Positions 57,333-64,000 of a DNA stretch of 64,000 bases are shown one piece after another. Source of the stretch: Arenicellales bacterium (lineage in GTDB: Bacteria; Pseudomonadota; Gammaproteobacteria; Arenicellales; Poriferihabitantaceae); the NCBI GenBank assembly GCA_965200715.1, contig OZ241374.1, forward strand, positions 2,725,031 to 2,789,030, read 5' to 3'. The notes beneath the pieces are model-generated. The model made no database searches. It saw only the letters and a program-made list of their open reading frames with translations, and was not told where the DNA came from. The position numbers and the translations under genes are program-made. Numbering within the stretch: the first letter of the stretch is position 1; each line of letters begins with the position of its first letter.

Positions 57333-57821
57333 CTATCCTATGATTTTTAAAGTTTGTCTCCCGATCTCAGCTTGCATGGCCTTCGCAAGTGACTCTCTTT
57401 CTTCTTGATTGAGACACCGCCCTATCTCAACCCATTTGCCTTTTGATCCCAGTAATAGGCGTGGGAGATACCATCGATAGATCGGAGGGTCGAGGCGAAT
57501 TTGTGTCCAATGAACTGGAAATCTCCAAGTTTTTCGGTTGTTCTTTTCGACATGTCGAATCACAACATGATCACCATCAATAATCACCTTCTCTCGATAT
57601 GCGGATTTTCGGGTTATCAAATAAAGAATCAGGCCCACAGTGGCCATATCAAGCACAGCAAACGGTAAAATCATCCAATATCCAAGGGAAGCCAATCGCA
57701 ATGCGATACCGAGGCAGATCACCGCTAACAACAGATATAGAATCGGTTGGTGCTGTCGATTAAGGCTACTGTTTGGCTGGATAACAAATTGAGCTGGAAG
57801 CAAGATTCTATAGTGTTCCAT
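57333..57821 (-). CDS. DUF2244 integral membrane protein (cox-associated)
   Basis: NSSLNRQ followed by two TM helices, then VIIDGDHVVIRH...WTQIRL. Immediately upstream of cyoE. Confidence 0.55.
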   Translation of the reverse strand: MEHYRILLPAQFVIQPNSSLNRQHQPILYLLLAVICLGIALRLASLGYWMILPFAVLDMATVGLILYLITRKSAYREKVIIDGDHVVIRHVEKNNRKTWRFPVHWTQIRLDPPIYRWYLPRLLLGSKGKWVEIGRCLNQEERESLAKAMQAEIGRQTLKIIG

Positions 57822-57844
57822 TCAAGGGATTATGAAATTGTACC

Positions 57845-58227
57845 AAAAATTACCACGCATAGAGGACAATTCGAATCCCCTGAGTCAGTATTGGTATCTT
57901 ATAAACAGTCATCATATGAGGTAGATACTATGCTTTGTGAAGACCCTACTATAGTTATGTGAGGTATTGAGAAAATGTGCTCAAAAAATTTTTGTTTTTA
58001 TCCATTCACCTTCAGATCCGATTCAAGGGTTAATAACAAATAACAAAGCTCAGCTCGTGTCATTGTTAAATGTCGATATGCAAATGCCTCAAGGGTGTAT
58101 GTCCGTACTTAGTTCAATCGAATGGGTTATTCAGAGCTTAACTCGCGTCTACGAAAAATCTATTGACCCAAAACAACCAGCATTACCAAAACTGATCGGT
58201 CTTAATGCCCACAAGAGAGAAATTTAA
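57845..58227 (+). pseudogene. cas1: cas1 3'-terminal remnant (type II-like), frameshifted and 5'-deleted
   Basis: The last ~87 codons (57967-58227) read ...HSPSDPIQGLITNN...MSVLSSIEWVIQSLTRVY...ALPKL. In pattern they resemble the C-terminus of type II Cas1 as recalled from S. pyogenes Cas1 (...MEPFRPLVDKIVYEN...MYLTNIISDYTKKVVKAL...VPEF). An upstream piece (THRGQFESPESVLV) lies in another frame. The remnant ends 11 nt before cas2. Confidence 0.35.
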
Positions 58228-58238
58228 CTTAATCAAGA

Positions 58239-58571
58239 ATGAGTGGTGCGAGAAGAAAATTTATGCGGCTATTGGTTTTTCTCGATCTTCCTGTGAAGAC
58301 CCAGCAAGACCGACGTGTCTCCACTTTATTCAGAAAATTTCTCATTGGGAATGGCTACGACATGCTTCAATATTCGGTTTATGGACGAATTGTCAATGGA
58401 TATGATGCCGAAGAAAAACACCTTAACCGTTTAAAATGTCATCTTCCTTCAAAAGGATCTGTCAGGCCATTGACAGTTACTGAAAAGCAATTTGCGGATA
58501 TGAAAATCCTAGTTGGTAACCCAAGTTTTCAGGAAAAAACAGTTCAACCTGTACAATTATCACTTTTCTAA
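58239..58571 (+). CDS. cas2: CRISPR-associated endoribonuclease Cas2 (type II subtype pattern)
   Basis: MRLLVFLDLPVKTQQDRR..FRKFLIGNGYDMLQYSVYGR...KGSVRPLTVTEKQFADMKILVG aligns motif for motif with type II Cas2 (…MFDMPTDT..RKAYRKFRKFL..GF.M.QFSVY…KGNITLLTVTEKQFARM). Confidence 0.8.
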   Translation: MSGARRKFMRLLVFLDLPVKTQQDRRVSTLFRKFLIGNGYDMLQYSVYGRIVNGYDAEEKHLNRLKCHLPSKGSVRPLTVTEKQFADMKILVGNPSFQEKTVQPVQLSLF

Positions 58572-58581
58572 CTTGAAATTT

Positions 58582-58622
58582 CGAAAAATAACCCCTTGCC
58601 AACCTTTGCTCAACAAGGGGTT
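58582..58622 (-). terminator. Intrinsic terminator oriented for minus-strand transcripts leaving the solo CRISPR repeat
   Basis: A 9-bp perfect stem (AACCCCTTG/CAAGGGGTT) with a 15-nt loop. On the minus strand it is followed by ATTTTTCGA. On the plus strand only TTT follows. Confidence 0.4.
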
Positions 58623-58633
58623 TCACGATAGAT

Positions 58634-58669
58634 ATTGTAGTCATCTGGAGTGATAAAGGGAACTACAAC
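58634..58669 (-). CRISPR. Solo 36-nt type II-C-like CRISPR repeat (array reduced to one unit)
   Basis: The minus-strand reading is GTTGTAGTTCCCTTTATCACTCCAGATGACTACAAT. It shares the GTTGTAG...CCCTTT...CTACAAT termini and the length of the Neisseria-type II-C repeat (recalled from memory). It lies 63 nt downstream of cas2. No second copy occurs within the next 130 nt. Confidence 0.55.
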
Positions 58670-58788
58670 AGTCTACCGGCTTTTGATTTGCTCAGTAATA
58701 CCATGCCGAGCAGACAAATCCATTGAGTGAGCAGTCATCTTTGATGAAATCATCTCTCAAAGTAACCTATTATTATTAAAAATATCTT

Positions 58789-58817
58789 TTGTAATTTATA
58801 AACTTGACATTTATAAT
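58789..58817 (+). promoter_or_regulatory. Sigma70-like promoter TTGTAA-17 nt-TATAAT, possibly giving a leaderless mRNA for the DUF4143 ATPase
   Basis: The -10 hexamer ends 7 nt before the ATG at 58825. No Shine-Dalgarno sequence lies between them. Confidence 0.3.
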
Positions 58818-58824
58818 TGCAAAT

Positions 58825-60075
58825 ATGATGAAAAAAATCCCCAGAAATCTCTCGAGAAACGTGCTTAATGCCTTGAATCACACACCGGTGGTTTTTGTTA
58901 ATGGTCCGCGCCAAGCCGGCAAAAGTACAATGGTGCAGATGATTGCAAAAAAGGATTTTCCATCTGAATATATCACCTTTGACCGTGTTACTCACATGGT
59001 GGCTGCTTCTACTTCTCCGCACAGTTTTTTGTCAGAGTATGGTCAACCTCTTATTCTGGATGAAGTGCAGATGGTCCCGGAAATTTTTCGCGCCCTGAAA
59101 ATTGTGATTGATGAATTGCGCTTGGATAACACCCAATCAAAAAACGGTCATTATTTACTCACGGGTTCCGCCAACATCATGATTTTACCGAAGCTTTCCG
59201 ATTCGTTAGTTGGACGAATGAGTATCAAAACGCTCTATCCATTCAGCGCTTGCGAACTTCTTGACGGTGAAGGAGATTTTGTCGAAAGATTGTTTTCCTG
59301 CGATTTTTCGATACAGAAAAAACTGCAGACGTCTGTAAATGATGCTCTGCAACTGGCAACCTTCCCAGAAATTTCCGGCAAACAGTGGAAAGAGCGCGCA
59401 GAATGGTTCGACGGATATCTGATGACCATTCTACAGCGCGATGTGCGGATGATTTCTGAATTGGAGAAAATCTCCCTGCTACCAACTTTGTTACGAACTT
59501 TGGCAACGCGTACCGGAGGATTATTAAATGATGCTGAAATTTCCCGTGATGTAGCATTAAATCAAGTAACCAGCAAAAATTATCGGTGCATTCTGCAAGC
59601 GATGTTTCTGACATTCAATATTCAGCCATGGTATCGCAATATCGGGAAAAGACTCGTAAAGTCACCCAAAGGCTATTTGACCGACACATTATTACTCTGT
59701 CATTTGCTGGATTGGAAAATGGATGATTTACGCAAACATCAGCCAAATCTATACGGACGCGTGATTGAAAATTTTGTGGCCACCGAACTCATCAAAATCC
59801 TGTCATTCAGTGAGGGCCGAGAACAACTATTGCACTTTCGCACCGGTGATGGGAAAGAGGTAGATTTTGTCCTGGAAAGACCAGATGGTTCCCTAGTGGC
59901 TATTGAAGTAAAAACTTCTGATACGATAACCCCTTCAGATTTCAAGGGGATGAAAGTTTTGCAAAGTGTTGCACCAAATGACTTCAAATGCGGTATCGTA
60001 CTGTATTCAGGCAAGCATGTTGTACCTTTTGGCAATATGTTTTTCGCTGTACCAATTGACCGGCTATGGCGATAG
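58825..60075 (+). CDS. AAA+ ATPase with DUF4143 C-terminal domain
   Basis: Walker A VNGPRQAGKSTM, Walker B LILDEVQ, and C-terminal GKEVDFVLERPDGSLVAIEVKTS (a restriction-endonuclease-like DUF4143 pattern). Confidence 0.8.
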   Translation: MMKKIPRNLSRNVLNALNHTPVVFVNGPRQAGKSTMVQMIAKKDFPSEYITFDRVTHMVAASTSPHSFLSEYGQPLILDEVQMVPEIFRALKIVIDELRLDNTQSKNGHYLLTGSANIMILPKLSDSLVGRMSIKTLYPFSACELLDGEGDFVERLFSCDFSIQKKLQTSVNDALQLATFPEISGKQWKERAEWFDGYLMTILQRDVRMISELEKISLLPTLLRTLATRTGGLLNDAEISRDVALNQVTSKNYRCILQAMFLTFNIQPWYRNIGKRLVKSPKGYLTDTLLLCHLLDWKMDDLRKHQPNLYGRVIENFVATELIKILSFSEGREQLLHFRTGDGKEVDFVLERPDGSLVAIEVKTSDTITPSDFKGMKVLQSVAPNDFKCGIVLYSGKHVVPFGNMFFAVPIDRLWR

Positions 60076-60101
60076 ACAACCAAGTAGTGATCAATAGAAA
60101 A

Positions 60102-61031
60102 ATGGCAGAAGTACTAGCAATAAAAGCTGATTTTGAACGCTTTGACGAATGGGTCCAAGCCTTCAGAGAAAGTGATCTGAAACTTGTCCGTTGGGAAGAT
60201 CTGAAGGAAGGCCAAGCCATAGACTACGCATTGGTGTGGCAACCGACAACAGGCATGTTTGATCCACACCCCGAAATTAAAATCATATTTTCGATTGGCG
60301 CCGGAGTCGATCATATGTTGGGAGAGAATGTCTTACCGAAAGGTGTACCAGTAGTCCGCATGGTCGAGACCAATCTGACTTTGGGAATGACCGAATACGT
60401 AACCTATCAAATCTTGCGACATCACCGGTTCATGCCGCTTTATGAACAATTTCAACGAGACAAAAACTGGAAAGAAATCATCCAGATTCCGGCCAGTCGG
60501 CGCAATGTCGGAATCATGGGGATGGGGGTTCTAGGGACAGCTTGTGCCCAAGTCTTAAAGTCTTTTGGATTTCGTCTTTTTGGCTGGAGTCGCTCTGAAA
60601 AACACATTGAGGGCATCGAACATTATCACGGCCCTGAACAACTCCATACTATGCTTTCATATTGTGACTTTCTGATTTGCTTGCTCCCAAATACACAGGA
60701 AACCAACCACATTCTCTGTGCGAAAAATTTGATGCATCTTCCCAAACAGGCTGTACTAATCAATGTTGGACGTGGCAGTTTGCTGGTAGAGAATGATCTA
60801 ATCACGCTCCTCGATAGTGACCATCTAAGCGCCGCTGTACTCGATGTGTTTCAAGAAGAGCCCTTACCTACCAATAGTCCACTCTGGAACCACCCTAGGA
60901 TCACGATTACACCCCATGTTGCGAGCATGACTGTACCGGAAACCAGTGCCGAACATATTTGGACCAATATCAAGCTCTACCGTCTTGGCCATCCTTTGAC
61001 CCATGTTGCGGATATGCAGAGAGGATATTGA
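60102..61031 (+). CDS. ghrA: Glyoxylate/hydroxypyruvate reductase A (D-2-hydroxyacid dehydrogenase family)
   Basis: IDYALVWQP, FSIGAGVD, GIMGMGVLG, LLPNTQET, PLWNHPRITITPHVAS and the terminal ...MQRGY parallel E. coli GhrA. The ATG at 60102 gives the matching N-terminal length. Confidence 0.8.
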   Translation: MAEVLAIKADFERFDEWVQAFRESDLKLVRWEDLKEGQAIDYALVWQPTTGMFDPHPEIKIIFSIGAGVDHMLGENVLPKGVPVVRMVETNLTLGMTEYVTYQILRHHRFMPLYEQFQRDKNWKEIIQIPASRRNVGIMGMGVLGTACAQVLKSFGFRLFGWSRSEKHIEGIEHYHGPEQLHTMLSYCDFLICLLPNTQETNHILCAKNLMHLPKQAVLINVGRGSLLVENDLITLLDSDHLSAAVLDVFQEEPLPTNSPLWNHPRITITPHVASMTVPETSAEHIWTNIKLYRLGHPLTHVADMQRGY

Positions 61032-61220
61032 ATCTTGGATAATGCAACAATCTGTGAAAATTTGATCATTTAATGATCACTGAAATCTCTGTATACAACT
61101 TCGCATCTTGAATTTTGTCAATTTGAGTAGTATATTTTTCAAAACTCTACGGCATAGTACCGTAGCCTACTATCGAAGCGAACCGAATTGATTCGTCTTA
61201 TTAAAACGGAGGCATTCATC

Positions 61221-61298
61221 ATGAACCCACTAAAATCTATTACTGGCACGATCATTTCGGGGTTTGTTCTCGCAATCATCATTGCCCTTTTGCTGTAA
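61221..61298 (+). CDS. Candidate 25-aa hydrophobic micro-ORF (MNPLKSITGTIISGFVLAIIIALLL)
   Basis: A GGAGG Shine-Dalgarno lies 8 nt upstream of the ATG. The product has a single predicted TM helix. The ORF sits 57 nt upstream of the next membrane-protein gene. Confidence 0.25.
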   Translation: MNPLKSITGTIISGFVLAIIIALLL

Positions 61299-61354
61299 TT
61301 TCAGCGAAACATTCTAAAAACCAATATAAACCCTAACTCTGGAGATATCGAATC

Positions 61355-61849
61355 ATGAATACGTGGTCGCTTGTCGTTTGGTTACATGTACTGGCTGGTA
61401 TTACCTGGATCGGCTTACTGTATTACTTTAATTTTGTCCAGGTACCGGCATTGGCTCAGGCTGCAGATGACAAAGATGGTCCCGGACCAGCTGGTATTTC
61501 AAAATATGTTGCGCCTCGCGCCTTACTCTGGTTTCGGTGGGGAGCTGTTGCCACCTGGCTAACGGGTGCAGCTGCACTGGAATATATCGGTGGATTCACC
61601 ACTCACTTTTTTGCTACTGCTGGGGTTACTGCAATCGGTGTCGGAGCCTGGCTTGGTACCATCATGCTGTTCAATGTATGGATGCTAATCTGGCCTAACC
61701 AGAAAAAGGTACTCGGACTAACTGAGGCTACTCCTGAAGAGGTTGCCAAAGCAAAGAATATTGCTCTTTTAGCCTCCCGAACGAATACGATGCTTTCGAT
61801 TCCAATGCTAATGTGTATGGTTGCCTATGGGCACGGTTTGCCATTCTAA
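61355..61849 (+). CDS. Integral membrane protein resembling the urate-hydroxylase (PuuD) N-terminal membrane domain family
   Basis: WLHVLAGITWIGLLYYFNFVQVP...WFRWGAVATWLTG. Four TM helices. Confidence 0.45.
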   Translation: MNTWSLVVWLHVLAGITWIGLLYYFNFVQVPALAQAADDKDGPGPAGISKYVAPRALLWFRWGAVATWLTGAAALEYIGGFTTHFFATAGVTAIGVGAWLGTIMLFNVWMLIWPNQKKVLGLTEATPEEVAKAKNIALLASRTNTMLSIPMLMCMVAYGHGLPF

Positions 61850-61947
61850 ATCGCCTTGCCTCACATTTCGATGTCGAAATTCAGTTGCAACAAGAGGACA
61901 ACAAACAGATTGACTAGATTGGAAGAAGTCCAAGGGATTTAACAAAC

Positions 61948-62580
61948 ATGTATAGTATTTTCAAAACTACAAAGATGCCTCGCCCAGATCGTGCATTGCC
62001 TGATCGGAATCAGCCCATTGAAGTAATCAACCGTCATTTTGTCAATGGAAATCCAATCAAGGCACCATTCCCATCGCACATGGAAACAGCGCAATTTGGT
62101 ATGGGGTGTTTTTGGGGGGCGGAACGCAAATTTTGGACAATTAAGGGGGTTTATACAACAGCCGTTGGTTATGCCGGCGGTTATACCCGAAATCCAACCT
62201 ATCAGGACGTATGTTCAGGATATAGTGGTCATACGGAAGTTGTTCTTGTAGTATTTGATCCTTCCGAGGTTGAATTTAGCCAATTATTAGAGGTGTTTTG
62301 GGAATCTCATGACCCGACTCAAGGTATGCGTCAGGGAAATGATGTGGGTACACAATATCGCTCGTCAATCTACATAGATAACAAAGATCAAATGCGATTG
62401 GCAACCGAGAGTCGTGACCGCTATGCGAAAAAACTGTCACAAACTGGTTTTGGTGAAATTACTACCGAAATATCAACGAACAAGGAGTTCTTCTATGCTG
62501 AAGACTATCATCAACAATATCTTGCTAAAAATCCAAATGGATATTGTGGACTAAACGGTACTGGAGTGAAATGTGCCTGA
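61948..62580 (+). CDS. msrA: Peptide methionine (S)-sulfoxide reductase MsrA
   Basis: [37 protein letters not shown] and YHQQYL motifs. Confidence 0.9.
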   Translation: MYSIFKTTKMPRPDRALPDRNQPIEVINRHFVNGNPIKAPFPSHMETAQFGMGCFWGAERKFWTIKGVYTTAVGYAGGYTRNPTYQDVCSGYSGHTEVVLVVFDPSEVEFSQLLEVFWESHDPTQGMRQGNDVGTQYRSSIYIDNKDQMRLATESRDRYAKKLSQTGFGEITTEISTNKEFFYAEDYHQQYLAKNPNGYCGLNGTGVKCA

Positions 62581-62757
62581 TTCTTGTTAGCGAAAATCTA
62601 GTCCCACATCGTTTGACCCATTACTAAACTATCGAAAATGGGCTTGTAGCGTGATAATAAAATCTGAACACAATTGGTATATTGAAGACTCTCTATACTT
62701 GTAAGGTAAAGTACTTCGTAACCATATAGCAAACGTTATTTTTGTGTGTTTTGCCAT

Positions 62758-63213
62758 TTATTTTGAGAGCACTGAGGGCCAATTGGCATCTCCGCGCCTG
62801 ATATTCCCTGGAATGTCCCGGCTCCAAGATGACCGAACACTCTTACTGTAGTTTAGGTATAGTCGATCATCGACGATTGACCATGCTTGTGGATCGGTAC
62901 TTGCCGTGTAGTTGTTGGATACTGCCCAAGCACAATATCCGCCATATTGAGGAGCCCATCGCTCTGGTTCTTTGGAGAATTTGTCTCGATTATCTCTCGA
63001 TGCAAACCGCCAAGTTGCTCCATTCCACTTGACAGTATAATGATCATTTCCCTTAATCGGTTTTCTTTCCAAGTGGTAGGCAACCGGATCATACCCTCGA
63101 ATTGCATAATCATCCTGACCAGCTACAAACACAGGAGAGTTCTCGGCTATCGCTGGCCCAATACCGAGCAGTAACCATAGAGTAACCCAGAACGAAATTT
63201 GTTTTTTCAACAT
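62758..63213 (-). CDS. Secreted YHS-domain family protein
   Basis: A signal peptide (MLKKQISFWVTLWLLLGIGPAIA) is followed by GYDPVAYH...WNGATWRFASRDNRDKF...APQYGGYCAWAV. The longer start at 63282 is less likely. Confidence 0.6.
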   Translation of the reverse strand: MLKKQISFWVTLWLLLGIGPAIAENSPVFVAGQDDYAIRGYDPVAYHLERKPIKGNDHYTVKWNGATWRFASRDNRDKFSKEPERWAPQYGGYCAWAVSNNYTASTDPQAWSIVDDRLYLNYSKSVRSSWSRDIPGNIRRGDANWPSVLSK

Positions 63214-63285
63214 GTGATTTTTCTTGTCTATCTTTCCGAAAATGTTCATCTTGCTAAACCTCTTTCGATTTTTTATTGCCATAAG

Positions 63286-63624
63286 TCAGTTCGGGAGTTC
63301 CGGCTTCAAGGGCGGCATTGGAAACATTTTGACATTGGTTTGCCCATCAACATCATCAATGATTTTGTTCACTCCTTCTTTGTCGACCACGTCGATACGA
63401 ACTATCGCATGTAAGGGGATATAAGTTCGCTCAACTTGACCGAATTCCTGTTTCAGGCGCTCCTCAGATGGATCGACCACTACTTTGGACTTTTCTCCGA
63501 ATATGATCTTACCAACTTCAACAAAAGCGTACATGTTACTTTGTGACACATCACGGGCATATAGTTCATAGAGCTTCCCTAGATGATGGAATAGGATCCG
63601 ATAAATTGTCTTTTTCGCCGGCAT
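63286..63624 (-). CDS. DUF1820 family protein
   Basis: IYRILFHHLGKLYELYARDVSQSNMYAFVEV..IIFGE...VVDPSEERLKQEF..V.RTYIPLHAIVRID is the family pattern. Confidence 0.6.
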   Translation of the reverse strand: MPAKKTIYRILFHHLGKLYELYARDVSQSNMYAFVEVGKIIFGEKSKVVVDPSEERLKQEFGQVERTYIPLHAIVRIDVVDKEGVNKIIDDVDGQTNVKMFPMPPLKPELPN

Positions 63625-63634
63625 TACAAAAATC

Positions 63635-64000
63635 ATGAATGTGAAGAAAAACATTATATCATTGCTTCAATCAATCATGCTCTTCATTGGACGAAAACGT
63701 TTACCAGCTTGGTTACTGGTTGTCTTTTTTTCTGCATCTGTAACAGCAGATATGCTTCCGACTTCAATTGCACAGACTTTAATCCGGTACGACATACCGG
63801 TTACCGATGTCAGTATCGAAATCCGGAATATTGCAAGCAATCATTCTGTTCTGAGTATAAATAGTGATAAATCACGCAATCCGGCATCTGTTATCAAACT
63901 ATTTACCACTCTAGCAGCACTCGAACTACTCGGTCCGCAACATCAGTGGAAAACACGCTATTACCTGGATGGTCGACTACAAGGCGACATACTCATAGGC
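63635..64000 (+). CDS. dacB: D-alanyl-D-alanine carboxypeptidase/endopeptidase (PBP4, peptidase S13), N-terminal part; 3' end outside the window
   Basis: An open frame runs to the window end. A signal peptide is followed by SRNPASVIKLFTTLAALELLGP (SxxK active site). The start is only 10 nt from the divergent DUF1820 start, so it is uncertain. Confidence 0.7.
   Translation, partial: MNVKKNIISLLQSIMLFIGRKRLPAWLLVVFFSASVTADMLPTSIAQTLIRYDIPVTDVSIEIRNIASNHSVLSINSDKSRNPASVIKLFTTLAALELLGPQHQWKTRYYLDGRLQGDILIG

Noticed and set aside
57870-57878. TTCGAATCC, a tRNA T-loop-like string.
   Set aside because: The flanking bases do not form a T-stem, acceptor stem or anticodon arm. I could not support any tRNA, rRNA or tmRNA gene anywhere in the window.
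58670-58803. Searched for further CRISPR repeats after the solo repeat, at the expected ~30-nt spacing and elsewhere in the window (GTTGTAG / CTACAAC seeds).
   Set aside because: No second copy was found. It is therefore not reported as an array, only as a solo repeat.
61147-61165. Hairpin CTACGG-CATAGTA-CCGTAG downstream of ghrA.
   Set aside because: Only a 6-bp stem, no T-run and 115 nt from the stop. Insufficient for a terminator call.
63625-63634. Only 10 nt separate the divergent DUF1820 and dacB start codons. Considered an unusual shared regulatory region.
   Set aside because: More likely one start is mis-set (dacB has an alternative ATG at about 63677, and DUF1820 has an upstream ATG at 63654). 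There is no structure in the 10 nt to interpret.

Overview
This is a 64-kb chromosomal window from a moderately AT-rich, gammaproteobacterium-like genome. The taxon guess rests on synteny: gmk-rpoZ-spoT, argH-lptM-lysA, and a Pseudomonas-type aa3 cytochrome c oxidase cluster. Most genes are housekeeping: pyk, mnmC, split class II RNR nrdJa/nrdJb, ilvE, yicC, gmk, rpoZ, spoT, nagZ, aroE, lysA, argH, coxBA-cox11-coxC, cyoE, msrA, ghrA and dacB. The stand-out is a tightly packed five-gene sterol biosynthesis operon at 31650-39867. It encodes an SdmB-like SDR, an SdmA-like Rieske oxygenase, an ERG4/ERG24-type sterol reductase, CYP51, and a single 1155-codon ORF that fuses squalene epoxidase to an oxidosqualene cyclase. 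An SRPBCC/CoxG-like protein and a possible Fe(II)/2OG oxygenase lie next to it. Other notable items are listed below.
- A decayed type II-C CRISPR-Cas locus: a cas1 3' remnant, an intact cas2, and one solo repeat with a minus-strand terminator.
- A frameshifted surface-lipoprotein-like gene (lipobox, HExxH, TbpB-like C-terminal barrel) inserted between gmk and rpoZ.
- A GC-rich nested IS66/DUF4338 scar beside the oxidase assembly genes.
- A SprT-like protease gene inside the cox cluster.
- A protein with seven BON-like repeats.
- Two decaying DUF1640 paralogs.
- Several candidate micro-ORFs and operator-like palindromes.
Pseudogene load and long non-coding stretches are high for a free-living bacterium. 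All calls come from motif and pattern recognition on the supplied sequence and translations. No database search, HMM or composition calculation could be run.
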